Shown here one piece after another: positions 41,264 to 50,839 of a DNA stretch of 64,000 nucleotides; within the stretch, counting starts at the first letter, position 1, and every line of letters starts with the position of its first letter. The notes beneath the pieces are model-generated. The model worked only from the letters and a program-made list of their open reading frames with translations, was not told the origin of the DNA and ran no database searches. The DNA is from Candidatus Poribacteria bacterium (GTDB taxonomy: Bacteria > Poribacteria > WGA-4E > WGA-3G), in contig CBDANF010000003.1 of NCBI GenBank assembly GCA_965197475.1, positions 1,792,001-1,856,000 of the forward strand. Reading direction: 5' to 3'. A program made the translations under genes and the position numbers.

Positions 41264-41542
41264 TTATGATTCATTTGGCAGGATAGTTTCAACTTCAGCG
41301 TGTGGCCGTGGAATCACATGCACTGAAACAACTTCCCCTACACGTGCAGCAGCCTCTGCGCCAACATCTGTCGCTGCTTTCACAGCACCTACGTCTCCAC
41401 GCACCATAACAGTGACATAACCGCCCCCGATTTGTTGGTAACCGACAAGCCGTACATTCGCAGCTTTTACCATTGCATCTGCGGCTTCAATACTGCCAAC
41501 CAAGCCTCTTGTTTCAACTAAACCTAATGCTTCTCCAGTCAT
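41264..41542 (-). CDS. BMC-H shell protein (EutM/PduA-like)
   Basis: [36 protein letters not shown]. Confidence 0.95.
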   Translation of the reverse strand: MTGEALGLVETRGLVGSIEAADAMVKAANVRLVGYQQIGGGYVTVMVRGDVGAVKAATDVGAEAAARVGEVVSVHVIPRPHAEVETILPNES

Positions 41543-41633
41543 ATTGATACCTATATCCTCCTATTGGAAATTCTGGATTTTAGCGTGAGTTGACTTATTG
41601 CATGCTCACGCAGGAAATTTGCAGCTAAACCGT

Positions 41634-42161
41634 TTATCGCCGCCGAAACAGCTTTTTTATACTCTTTCCCACAAAAGCAACGCCTTGCCCAATTTTCTTC
41701 GAAACATAGGTCACAACGGTTACCGTCTTCTTTAGAATACGGTGTCCCTTGCTACCCTCTTTGATCGGGATGCTCCATCCTACAGACACAGACCACTCGT
41801 ATTGTTTGCCGTCTGGTGTATAGTCCCTGTGAACTGTAGCCTGAGTATCTTCGTCTAATTGCTTGGTCAACACTTGACGATACCCGTCTGCGGTAAATTC
41901 TTTGTAGACATTTACTTGTGGTTGTTCCTGTGCATCTGTTCCAGGCTTTTCCGTTTCGTCTTTTTCATCTGTTTTTGCAGAACAATTGCAGGTATTTTCT
42001 TTCTGCTTTTTCTTTACCTGCTGTTGCTCAACTTTAGATGCTGATTGTTCATTCGCTTGGATTTCCATAACCTGAACTGAAAATCCACCGATGACAAAAA
42101 TCAAACCAATTATCATACTTATTAAGTTGCGATACATTCTGTATGCATCCTTGATTGCCAC
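41634..42161 (-). CDS. Hypothetical exported protein
   Basis: N-terminal hydrophobic segment; basic amphipathic C-terminus; start uncertain. Confidence 0.6.
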   Translation of the reverse strand: MAIKDAYRMYRNLISMIIGLIFVIGGFSVQVMEIQANEQSASKVEQQQVKKKQKENTCNCSAKTDEKDETEKPGTDAQEQPQVNVYKEFTADGYRQVLTKQLDEDTQATVHRDYTPDGKQYEWSVSVGWSIPIKEGSKGHRILKKTVTVVTYVSKKIGQGVAFVGKSIKKLFRRR

Positions 42162-42232
42162 TCACTTTTATGCCAAAACAAATATATCAGAAACCGTAGT
42201 AATGATATGATTATATTGAACTCATGAGTATT

Positions 42233-43147
42233 TTAGTCTATATTTGATAGTATATCAAATATTCTTATTTTTTTCAAATAAAATTGAGCAAAAAGTTCAT
42301 AAATCCTTTCAATATCATTTACCGCTTTGTGAATGTGGTTATTTTTTTTGTAAGCGACAGCACGCCAAAGAAAAATGGGTATTAGCGTGTGTTCCTCATT
42401 CTGCCAGTTTTGAATCGCATCAGTTAGGAGGTCAATAGTGTCCGAATAGTCGGATTCTTTGGATTTTTGTTGTCCCAAATACCCATGAATGTCGCCTCGG
42501 CTGAGATATGCTATCGCAAAGTGCGGTTGTATTTCGATAGCTTTATCAAAATCAGCTAAAGCGAGTTTTAGGGTTTCATCGTCTTCTTTTGACAGCAGAA
42601 ACTTTTCGTAATATGCCCTACCACGGTTATAGTAAGCAATTGCACTGGGGCGATGCTTAACGATATAGAGATAGTCTGTAATAGCCTCGTTAATTTTACC
42701 TGTTTCAAGATAACTTTTCGCACGTTTTGACATTACCCGTGCATTTTTCCTTTTTTCAAGGGAGGCAGTATAATCCGCGATAGCACGCGGAACATCGCCT
42801 AATGCACGGTAAACATCCCCACGACTCGCGTAAGCATCGGCAAGATACCTTTTGAGAGATAGGGTTTGGGTATAATCGGCAATTGCCTCTTTGTAACGTG
42901 CCAATTGGTAATAAGCAAACCCACGTTTAATATATGCCTCAGCATATTTCGGTTCAATCTCAATTGCTTGTGTCAGCACGGTTATGGCTTGATAACTTTT
43001 TCCTTTTCTAAGCAATTGGGTTCCGTCAGTCAGATGTTTTAGAGCCTCACGATCTACCCCTTTCAGTTTTTCCCATGTAACAAAGCGCGATGCGAAAAGA
43101 AATGTAAGAATCAGGACCGGAGTCATAATGTAAATCAATGCGCGCAT
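42233..43147 (-). CDS. Membrane-anchored TPR protein
   Basis: Repeated AYxxRG...AIADYT TPR motifs. Confidence 0.88.
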   Translation of the reverse strand: MRALIYIMTPVLILTFLFASRFVTWEKLKGVDREALKHLTDGTQLLRKGKSYQAITVLTQAIEIEPKYAEAYIKRGFAYYQLARYKEAIADYTQTLSLKRYLADAYASRGDVYRALGDVPRAIADYTASLEKRKNARVMSKRAKSYLETGKINEAITDYLYIVKHRPSAIAYYNRGRAYYEKFLLSKEDDETLKLALADFDKAIEIQPHFAIAYLSRGDIHGYLGQQKSKESDYSDTIDLLTDAIQNWQNEEHTLIPIFLWRAVAYKKNNHIHKAVNDIERIYELFAQFYLKKIRIFDILSNID

Positions 43148-43164
43148 GCTATGGCACTCTCGGA

Positions 43165-44142
43165 CTATTTCGGATAGAGGCGATGAATGTTAATACCCAA
43201 TTTTAACTCGTCAACAGAGGTATACGTTTTTGCCAAATCAATTTCAATATAAGTCTGTCCGCCACGAAGTCCACCGTAACCGGTAGAAAAAATGAGTTGT
43301 TTTCCACCGAGTCGGGCAACTCCGTCCTTGATATTTTTAGGTGGGAAATAACTGATAGGCGTATGTCCAACGATTAGAAATTTTGCACTGAGCACCTTGA
43401 GAAAATTTTCGGTATGTTTCAATGTATATCCACCACTAAATACGAGGCCCGGTCTGTCCCACAATAACTCGTCAAGCGTTCTAGGAACGGGATCGACAAG
43501 GTCCGCCAGACTAATAATGAAGCGAGCCGGTCCGGCGTGAACAGCGACAAAACCTTTTTTGCCGACAACGACTGTCGGAAGGTTGGTAAGGAATTCGAAA
43601 TGTTCGTCGGTCATGCGCTCAATGAAATTAAATTGTTTATAATAACTTCCATTTAGGCTTTTGTACAATTTCTGAATAAATGCTGCACGATTTTGTTCGG
43701 TCATTCCTTGGCTTTTCATCATAGCATAAGTATTTGCCGCTGCTAATTCATGGTTTCCTCTGATATAGATGAATCTTTTGCCTTTATCCCCAAGTTGCTT
43801 TTGTATCTCAATGACGCGGTTAACTATTTGTATATCGCCGTAGGGTAGTTTCGGACGTTCATCCGGTTTGTAGTCAATCGAATCCCCGAGCATTATACCG
43901 TAAACATCCTCATCGGCTTGTATCCTTTCAATAAGTCGGGTTTGTTTTAACCACTGATTAAAATCGTTCCAATGCGCGTGTAAGTCAGAGACAATGTAGA
44001 CGGTGCCGTGGTCAGGTAAGACAATAACATGTCCGTCACGTGTCAGCTGATTAGGGTATTGTGAGACATCTTTGGGCTGGGCTGCCGCTGTCATAGCGAA
44101 ACAGACAAGCAAAAGGACAGTGTGAATTAAGGTACTATTCAT
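43165..44142 (-). CDS. Exported calcineurin-like metallophosphoesterase
   Basis: DLH, GDSID, GNHE, HAG, GHT; signal peptide. Confidence 0.88.
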   Translation of the reverse strand: MNSTLIHTVLLLVCFAMTAAAQPKDVSQYPNQLTRDGHVIVLPDHGTVYIVSDLHAHWNDFNQWLKQTRLIERIQADEDVYGIMLGDSIDYKPDERPKLPYGDIQIVNRVIEIQKQLGDKGKRFIYIRGNHELAAANTYAMMKSQGMTEQNRAAFIQKLYKSLNGSYYKQFNFIERMTDEHFEFLTNLPTVVVGKKGFVAVHAGPARFIISLADLVDPVPRTLDELLWDRPGLVFSGGYTLKHTENFLKVLSAKFLIVGHTPISYFPPKNIKDGVARLGGKQLIFSTGYGGLRGGQTYIEIDLAKTYTSVDELKLGINIHRLYPK

Positions 44143-44147
44143 AGATT

Positions 44148-45065
44148 TTACTCTCTAAAAAATGCGTCTACCGTTTCTTCTTGTTGTGCAAGTTTGTTTA
44201 GATGTTTTCGCCTACGATTCCGGGAAATCAGATAACTAAGTAGAAATAGTCCTCCGAGACCACCCCAAAATACATAGGAACTGGACAAGAAAGATGCCCA
44301 ATGATAACGCTGTGATAACGATTTACGCCAAAGTTTATCAAAGGCAGTAAGGTCGTAACCGAGAACTGCTTCAAAGGCGGCATTGAGATTCTTCCCAGTA
44401 TGCAATTGATCAATGATTGCCCATAGAGCCTCAATGCCGTTAACTTCAACGAACCAATGTAGTGCATCTTGGCTTTGGGCATAAGCTAAATCCGCACCTA
44501 TCTGTGAAACCGGAAAATTTTCTGTTAATTCATGAAGCGGCATGATGGATTTTGAGAAGACATGTTTCAGTAAGGTTTCATGGCGACCCGGCACCCACTC
44601 CTTTGAGAAGTGGATTGCGATACCTTCTACAAACCATAACGGAATTCCTTTGACCGCTTTTTGCGTATACTGTCCAAAAAGGATATGTGCAATTTCATGG
44701 CGAAGTACTTGTGCCAACTGCAGTTTCGCCACCGCTATCTGAGTTGGATTTTGGATGATGATACGCCGACTCAACGGAAAGGCACATCCAACTGCCCAAT
44801 CCTGAATCGGCGCGTGAACGGAAGCCTGAAACGCTTTTTGGGTATCACAAACCCATATTTTTATTGTTTCATCTGAAATATGACGTGTGATACGAGGCAA
44901 CTCGGTATAGAATTCTTCAGCAATTTGAAGAATTGCCGCTGGATCCACCGTGTTTTCTCGGTAGTAGACACGAAAGTGTGTACTTTCTCCTGATTCCCAT
45001 GAGGCAGCTGCAGATAATATAGGTAAAAGCAACAAAAGAAAAACAACGCATTTTATCTGAATCAT
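44148..45065 (-). CDS. Peptidase MA-like zinc metallopeptidase with C-terminal TM
   Basis: HEIAH + PLWFVEGIA; signal peptide. Confidence 0.82.
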   Translation of the reverse strand: MIQIKCVVFLLLLLPILSAAASWESGESTHFRVYYRENTVDPAAILQIAEEFYTELPRITRHISDETIKIWVCDTQKAFQASVHAPIQDWAVGCAFPLSRRIIIQNPTQIAVAKLQLAQVLRHEIAHILFGQYTQKAVKGIPLWFVEGIAIHFSKEWVPGRHETLLKHVFSKSIMPLHELTENFPVSQIGADLAYAQSQDALHWFVEVNGIEALWAIIDQLHTGKNLNAAFEAVLGYDLTAFDKLWRKSLSQRYHWASFLSSSYVFWGGLGGLFLLSYLISRNRRRKHLNKLAQQEETVDAFFRE

Positions 45066-45073
45066 TGCACATG

Positions 45074-46354
45074 TTATGGTTGAGGGTCTACGACAGTGCC
45101 CATAAACAGCACCGTCTTTGTATCGTTATCGCGAATCGCAAAGAAAAAAGGTCGGTCTGCAATGAATTCTGGTGGAGGTGGTGGAACTGATGTAATACCT
45201 AAACCTACCCCAACACCAGTTACAGCAGCAGCTTCTGTTCCTTCTTCGTTGACTTTGACAAAGGTTTTTTGGGTTACTTTCTGAATCCACGTTAGCAGAG
45301 ATTTACCAGTAGGTGAATAAGCCATACGACTGAAATCCGCTTGTTCTTTGTCAAATGCTACCTCCATACCGAGTGCCTTCAGAGCGTCGCTGAGATCTTT
45401 ACTATATTCCAATTCAAATTTTGGAATTTGGACATACACCTCTTGTTCAGTTACCTGTGAAACCCAATTCTCCCAACTCTCTGCGTTCAAATCATCCAAC
45501 AATGTGTTAAGGTCGGATTCACGGGATGGCAGGAAGATATACATACTCGTATACCCATCGCCATAAGGGAGACTGACTACTTGAAAATCCGCTCCCTGAT
45601 AATACGCGTAATTATCTGTCCTTCGCATCATTGGGACTCTTTTTTCTTCTCCTGTCGCAAGGTAAAAGGTATCATCCAGTGTCCTTGATGGCTCAAACTC
45701 CGTTTTCCACTCTCCTTTGAAGTAGATAGCGTTAAGCAGCAATAGTCCAGTTTCCTTGTCAATTTTATCAATAATCTTTTTGATTTTTCCGTTTGTATTG
45801 GTATCTACCCATTTATTAATTTGTTCGGGAACACCAGGACTTTGCAGATCCAACTCTGAGATTTTTGCGTTAAAAAAATCGGTGTTCCGCTGAAGAAAAT
45901 CCGGATAGAACGCGAAATTTCCATTTGCATTGTGTGCCCAGAGTGAATTTGCAATCGTGAGTGTTACCTTTGGATCAGATACTTGAAGTACATGTTGTAA
46001 TTGGGCATAGCCGGGGTTAATCGTTTCTATATCAACGTTTTGTAGCTGCAGTGCATCGGTCATCGCCTGCTCGGTTTCACCCTCTGCACCATTTAGCGTC
46101 ATTGCCAATGCCACGGAAACACTAAACGGAGAGATAAAGATATTTTTATCCTGCTCAGTTTTGCGGATTTCATTGAAAAGATTAAAGCCAAAATTGGTAT
46201 TGGCAGTGACGATATTCGGATCGAAAGGTCCAACCTCGTGTTTGATAATTTGTTGATCTATATCGCGTTCACAACCAGTGAAGATAAAAAGTGGCACTCC
46301 ACACATCATGAGGACAATGCTTAATTTATAGAGATTTCCAAAATTAGTTTTCAT
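45074..46354 (-). CDS. Serpin lipoprotein
   Basis: NIFISPFS, NAIYFKG, EEGTEAAAVT, ADRPFFF; lipobox FTGC. Confidence 0.93.
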   Translation of the reverse strand: MKTNFGNLYKLSIVLMMCGVPLFIFTGCERDIDQQIIKHEVGPFDPNIVTANTNFGFNLFNEIRKTEQDKNIFISPFSVSVALAMTLNGAEGETEQAMTDALQLQNVDIETINPGYAQLQHVLQVSDPKVTLTIANSLWAHNANGNFAFYPDFLQRNTDFFNAKISELDLQSPGVPEQINKWVDTNTNGKIKKIIDKIDKETGLLLLNAIYFKGEWKTEFEPSRTLDDTFYLATGEEKRVPMMRRTDNYAYYQGADFQVVSLPYGDGYTSMYIFLPSRESDLNTLLDDLNAESWENWVSQVTEQEVYVQIPKFELEYSKDLSDALKALGMEVAFDKEQADFSRMAYSPTGKSLLTWIQKVTQKTFVKVNEEGTEAAAVTGVGVGLGITSVPPPPPEFIADRPFFFAIRDNDTKTVLFMGTVVDPQP

Positions 46355-46401
46355 TAAAGTAAGTTCCTTTATTATTGATTTGAATTCTGGTTCGGGTTCT
46401 A

Positions 46402-47655
46402 TCAAGGGTCAACAACAGTGCCCATAAACAGCACCGTCCCTGCTTCATTATCACGAATTGCAAAGAAAAATGGCCGATCAGCAGTAAATTCTGGTGGAAG
46501 ACTGGTTTTTACGATCCCAACAATAGTTACAGCGGCAGCTTCAGTGCCTTCTTCGTTAACCTCAATGAAAGTTTTATGGGAAACTTTATCAATATACAGA
46601 TTTGCCCCTAAATCTTCTAAAGATACCATCCGGCTAAAATCTGCCTGACTTTGATCAAAGGCTATACCCATGCCAAGTGTTGTAAGCGCGTCGTTAAGTT
46701 CTTTTGTTCCATATTCCAATTTGAATTTAGGGATTCTAAGCGACAGTTCCTGTTCGCGAAACTGTGACATCCAACTTTCCCAGTTCTCTGGGTCTAAAGT
46801 CTCTAAAAAAGTGTTCAGGTCGGAATCGCGGGCGGGAAGAAAGATATACATACTTATCTGTCCATCACCATAAGGGAGGTTGACGGCTTGGAAAGCATCT
46901 TCGTAGTAATGCAAGTAGCGTCCTGACCTAAACATCATTGGGACCTGTTTTTTGCTGCTGTTTGCAAGATGGAACGTCCCGTCGCGCGTGTGTGCCGGAT
47001 CAAATTCTGTTTGCCACGATCCTTTGAAATAGATAGCATTAATCAGGAATAACACCGCATTTGACTCTATTTCATCAAGGATTTTTGGAATTTTGCCGTT
47101 CGTATTGGTATTTACCCACTGATTAATTGTTGTTAATGAACTCGGGTCCAAAAAATCAAGTATTGAGATTTCAGCGTTGAAAAATTGGGTGTTGCGCTGC
47201 AGAAAATCGGATTTGAATGAGAATCCTTCGTTTCCCCAAAGCGAGTTTGCAATTGTGAGTGTCACTTTTGGATCAGATGCCTGAAGTGTTTGTTGCAACT
47301 GCGAATAACTTGAATTGATGGAATTGGTGTCTATGTCTTGTAGTTGTAACGTATCAATCATCGCTTGTTCTGTTTCGCCAGATGCACCATTTAACGTCAT
47401 AGCCAATGCCACGGAAACACTGAATGGCGAAATAAAGATATTCTTATCTTGCTCGTTTTTCCGTATTTCATTGAACAGGTCAAAGCCAAATTTCGTATTC
47501 GCCGTAACGACATTCGGATCGAAAGGTCCAATCTCATGTTTGACAATTTGCTGATCTATATCGCGTTCACAACCGGTGGAAATAAGAAGCATTAGTGCAC
47601 ATATCATGGGGAAAATGCTTAATTTATAGTGGGTTTTAAACCTTGCTTTCATCAT
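46402..47655 (-). CDS. Serpin lipoprotein (paralog)
   Basis: Same serpin motifs; lipobox STGC. Confidence 0.93.
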   Translation of the reverse strand: MMKARFKTHYKLSIFPMICALMLLISTGCERDIDQQIVKHEIGPFDPNVVTANTKFGFDLFNEIRKNEQDKNIFISPFSVSVALAMTLNGASGETEQAMIDTLQLQDIDTNSINSSYSQLQQTLQASDPKVTLTIANSLWGNEGFSFKSDFLQRNTQFFNAEISILDFLDPSSLTTINQWVNTNTNGKIPKILDEIESNAVLFLINAIYFKGSWQTEFDPAHTRDGTFHLANSSKKQVPMMFRSGRYLHYYEDAFQAVNLPYGDGQISMYIFLPARDSDLNTFLETLDPENWESWMSQFREQELSLRIPKFKLEYGTKELNDALTTLGMGIAFDQSQADFSRMVSLEDLGANLYIDKVSHKTFIEVNEEGTEAAAVTIVGIVKTSLPPEFTADRPFFFAIRDNEAGTVLFMGTVVDP

Positions 47656-47681
47656 AAATAACCTCTTGTTTTATTAACGAC

Positions 47682-47883
47682 TTGTGCTAGTTACGTAATA
47701 GTTTTGTTGTTCTTCACAACTGTTCATATTCTGTAGAAGGGAACTCTGAATCGCGACACGGTGTCGGGAATCGGAGTTCCCTCCTACCTTTGGATGTCGT
47801 CAGTAATCGAAAAAGTTGCGGAATTCAAACCCAAACGAGACAAACATCTGAAATATAAACATACCAAATGTTAACTAGCACAA
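47682..47883. mobile_element. MITE/REP-like intergenic element
   Basis: 12-bp terminal IR ttgtgctagtta/taactagcacaa enclosing the GTAG palindrome gtagaagggaactc...gagttccctcctac. Confidence 0.5.
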
Positions 47884-47892
47884 CGCGTTTTA

Positions 47893-48852
47893 TTAGTAAA
47901 GATGTGCGACACTCTCGCCATAACCATTGTAGATCATTGTTGGGTGTCTCTCTCTTGTGCCAATCATCCATTCAGTAGCTTGCGACCAGCGCGGATGCGA
48001 AACGTTCGGATTGACGTTCGCCTCAAAACCGTATTCTCTCGGCAGTAGCACATTCCAAAAGTTTCGGGGTTTTTTGTCAGTTAGTTCAATACTGACGATG
48101 GATTTGATACTCTTAAACCCGTATTTCCATGGCACAATCAACCGGATGGGGGCACCGTGCTGTGGCGGTAAAATATGCCCATAGATGCCGACAACCAACA
48201 ACGTGAGGTCGTTCATAGCTTCTGCAAGTGTTAACCCTTCAAAGTAGGGCCACGGCAGACGTGCATCTCTCTGTTGCGGTGCGACCTCAGGGTCTAAAAA
48301 CGTGACCATCCGGACGTATTTTGCTGAAGATTTTGGTTGAACTTTTTCAAGCAGTGCTTTCATCGGGAACCCGATCCAGGGCACTACCATTGCCCAAGTT
48401 TCAACACAACGAAAACGATAAATCCGTTCTTCAAGCGGCATCTGTTTAATTAGATCATCTACGTCTATCGTCATCGGTTTTTCGACCTGTCCGGAAATTT
48501 CAATTTCCCATGGCCGCGTTTTAAACTTCTCAGCCCGTTTCCAGACGGTACTTTTAGAACTTGTGAACTCATAGAAATTGTTGTAAGTTGCTGCGATAAT
48601 TTCATCGGTCTGTTTGCGGGTGACGGTAAATTCAGCGTTCTTTTCAACATCAAGAGTCTGTGCTTGATAGGGTTCAAGTTGTTTGGCAACCCCACTATTC
48701 TGTGCGCAAGCACTTGAACCGAAAAGCGACAGTGCTCCAGCACCTGCTATTCCAAGTTCTTTGATAAACTTTCTACGGTTAATGTAGACGGATTCAGAGG
48801 TTACACGGTTTTCTGGGATCTCCCATCCCTTGGGAATTTTTATGTACGCCAT
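47893..48852 (-). CDS. msrP: Protein-methionine-sulfoxide reductase catalytic subunit
   Basis: Tat signal NRRKF, YNNFYEF, RFRCVETW, VPWKYGFKSIKS, HPRWSQA. Confidence 0.93.
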   Translation of the reverse strand: MAYIKIPKGWEIPENRVTSESVYINRRKFIKELGIAGAGALSLFGSSACAQNSGVAKQLEPYQAQTLDVEKNAEFTVTRKQTDEIIAATYNNFYEFTSSKSTVWKRAEKFKTRPWEIEISGQVEKPMTIDVDDLIKQMPLEERIYRFRCVETWAMVVPWIGFPMKALLEKVQPKSSAKYVRMVTFLDPEVAPQQRDARLPWPYFEGLTLAEAMNDLTLLVVGIYGHILPPQHGAPIRLIVPWKYGFKSIKSIVSIELTDKKPRNFWNVLLPREYGFEANVNPNVSHPRWSQATEWMIGTRERHPTMIYNGYGESVAHLY

Positions 48853-49171
48853 TGGAAATCTCCTATATCATAAACTGCTTCGTGTTTGTAATTTGAAACT
48901 ACGGCATTTTCATCGTTTTTATTTTTTTATTATACAAATTATACAGGTTTCCCACTGGAAGTGCAATGCTTTTTGCAACTGTGGGTGTGTGAAGTTTTTG
49001 ATAGTGTAAAAACACCTTACACACCTATCGCCCGCGATTCGGATGACAATATATACATACCCGTACGATTATTCTAATTTTTGTTGCAACTTTTTCAGAT
49101 TTTGGTGTATAATATCTTATGAAACGTAAATTCGCACCTTATCGTTGACGAAACAACGGAGTTATTAAGCA

Positions 49172-49615
49172 ATGTTACGCAAAATTTGGCAGTCACACAT
49201 CTTACTTGTTGCGTTGGTATGCGTTCATTTTGTATGTCCACTCTTCTGTGCCGCTGCTGGACAAAAGTTGTGCAGTGGTAGTGGTATGCCTGCAGAAATA
49301 CAGACAGAGTTTGCTGAAACCGCTTCGACTTGTTGCCACCAGTCTAATACCGCAGATGAGTCTGAAACATCATCCGAAAGTGAGAATGTGTGCTGTTTAA
49401 CTGATTTAGAACTTATTCTTCCCGACAATTCGATAAATGTCAATTCTGATCGTGAAACGGTTGGGTACAATATCGTTTCTATTGTTCCGTTCACATATTT
49501 TCTACCGGTTGCTCAGGAACACTTGCTTCATCTTCCACGTCCCCCTAAACTATCTATATCATCCCTAAACCGCATCATTTCCCGCCGCGGTCCTCCTTAC
49601 ACCCGTTTTAAGTAG
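49172..49615 (+). CDS. Cys-rich exported leader protein ending in RGPP (DUF2946/CutF/CruR-like)
   Basis: Hydrophobic N-terminus, CPLFC, two CC pairs, C-terminal ISRRGPPYTRFK; sits upstream of metal efflux genes. Confidence 0.65.
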   Translation: MLRKIWQSHILLVALVCVHFVCPLFCAAAGQKLCSGSGMPAEIQTEFAETASTCCHQSNTADESETSSESENVCCLTDLELILPDNSINVNSDRETVGYNIVSIVPFTYFLPVAQEHLLHLPRPPKLSISSLNRIISRRGPPYTRFK

Positions 49616-49735
49616 TGTTTTACTAATAATTTGATCGTTCTTTCTTACCGTTTCTATTATAACATAAAACAGAAAAATAGGATATTTTACTTAATTTTTT
49701 GCAAAATGTTATCATATATAAGTTGATCACAGACC

Positions 49736-49978
49736 GCGCGATGCAGAGGGTTCGGTGCAGTCTGCGTAAAATCATTAGTTATGTAAAACCCTTAAAATTA
49801 GAGCAAGCTGCGCGATTCAAAGGGTTCCCGTGCAGTCTGCGTAAATCATCAGTTGTGTAAAACCCTCTTTTAAATTAATGCGTAAATCCTGAATGAATAC
49901 AGTTGAAATGTGATGCGCGCGATTCAGAGGGGATCCCGCAAGTTTTAGCATCATTATCATTATCTAACCAATACCCTC
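49736..49978 (+). repeat. Three tandem ~57-62 nt degenerate units with closing stems (candidate structured RNA)
   Basis: GCGCGAT-CA-AGGG...ACCCT at 49736-49792, 49810-49867 and about 49917-49978. Confidence 0.7.
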
Positions 49979-49996
49979 AAATAAAAGGAAAAACAC

Positions 49997-50626
49997 ATGA
50001 AAATGAAATTGACATGGCGAATTGTAGCCACTTTCCTGGCAATTACCACCGCGCTACTGTTCTCAATCCTTTCGACCAAGGCAGAGGACGCGCACAAAAA
50101 TGACGAAGCCCATGACCACGGCAATGACAAAGTCACTGACGAAAAAGTGCGTTGCGCAATTGATGGCATGATGATGAAGGCTTTGTCAATGGTTAAAGTT
50201 GAACACGATGGAAAAGCCTACTATTTCTGCAACAGTATGCAGGTGAAAATGTTCAAGGCGAATCCAGAGAAGTACCTCCAAACAATCTCATTGGGACATT
50301 TGATATTCGATCTCAATCTGTTAACTATAGATGAGTACAGAGAGATGATGACTCACATGAAGATGGAGGGCATGATAAAAGCCGATGAAATTAAGGGAAA
50401 AACGCACTATTTCAGTATATACCCGATGCAAAACCACGAGGAGATTGCGTTAGGTGATGTTAAACTTGTCCTTCAGGTTACCAATGCCGAAGGGAAAACA
50501 AAGATGGCATTACTGAAATATAGCAAAATGACGCGGACCTACGAAGGGTTCATTGATATGCCCAAGGGTGAAAAACACGAAGTTCGCATTCGTGTGACAA
50601 GTCCAGCTGTCAAGATTTCACTTTAA
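49997..50626 (+). CDS. Exported YHS-domain His/Met-rich metal-binding protein
   Basis: CAIDGM...HDGKAYYFCN...FKANPEKY; HDH motif; signal peptide. Confidence 0.8.
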   Translation: MKMKLTWRIVATFLAITTALLFSILSTKAEDAHKNDEAHDHGNDKVTDEKVRCAIDGMMMKALSMVKVEHDGKAYYFCNSMQVKMFKANPEKYLQTISLGHLIFDLNLLTIDEYREMMTHMKMEGMIKADEIKGKTHYFSIYPMQNHEEIALGDVKLVLQVTNAEGKTKMALLKYSKMTRTYEGFIDMPKGEKHEVRIRVTSPAVKISL

Positions 50627-50706
50627 TTTCACCATGTTTAGTAGGAGCATGTTCTGAGCACAATCCCTTCAGTGAGATAAAACTCTGGGCACTGCTCCTC
50701 AAATTA

Positions 50707-50819
50707 GGGCATTCAGTTTTCAGTGTCTGCATATTGTAGCTGCAATTTTCTGATCGACGCTCCCGAGTCGGAACGAGCGCGGAAATAGCAACTCATGCGG
50801 AACTGAAACTGGATTGCCC
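50707..50819. mobile_element. MITE-like palindromic element
   Basis: gggcattcagttttcagt...actgaaactggattgccc; the left end shares ggcattcagtt with the element at 60713. Confidence 0.5.
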
Positions 50820-50839
50820 ATCCGGTCAAGGAGAGGACA

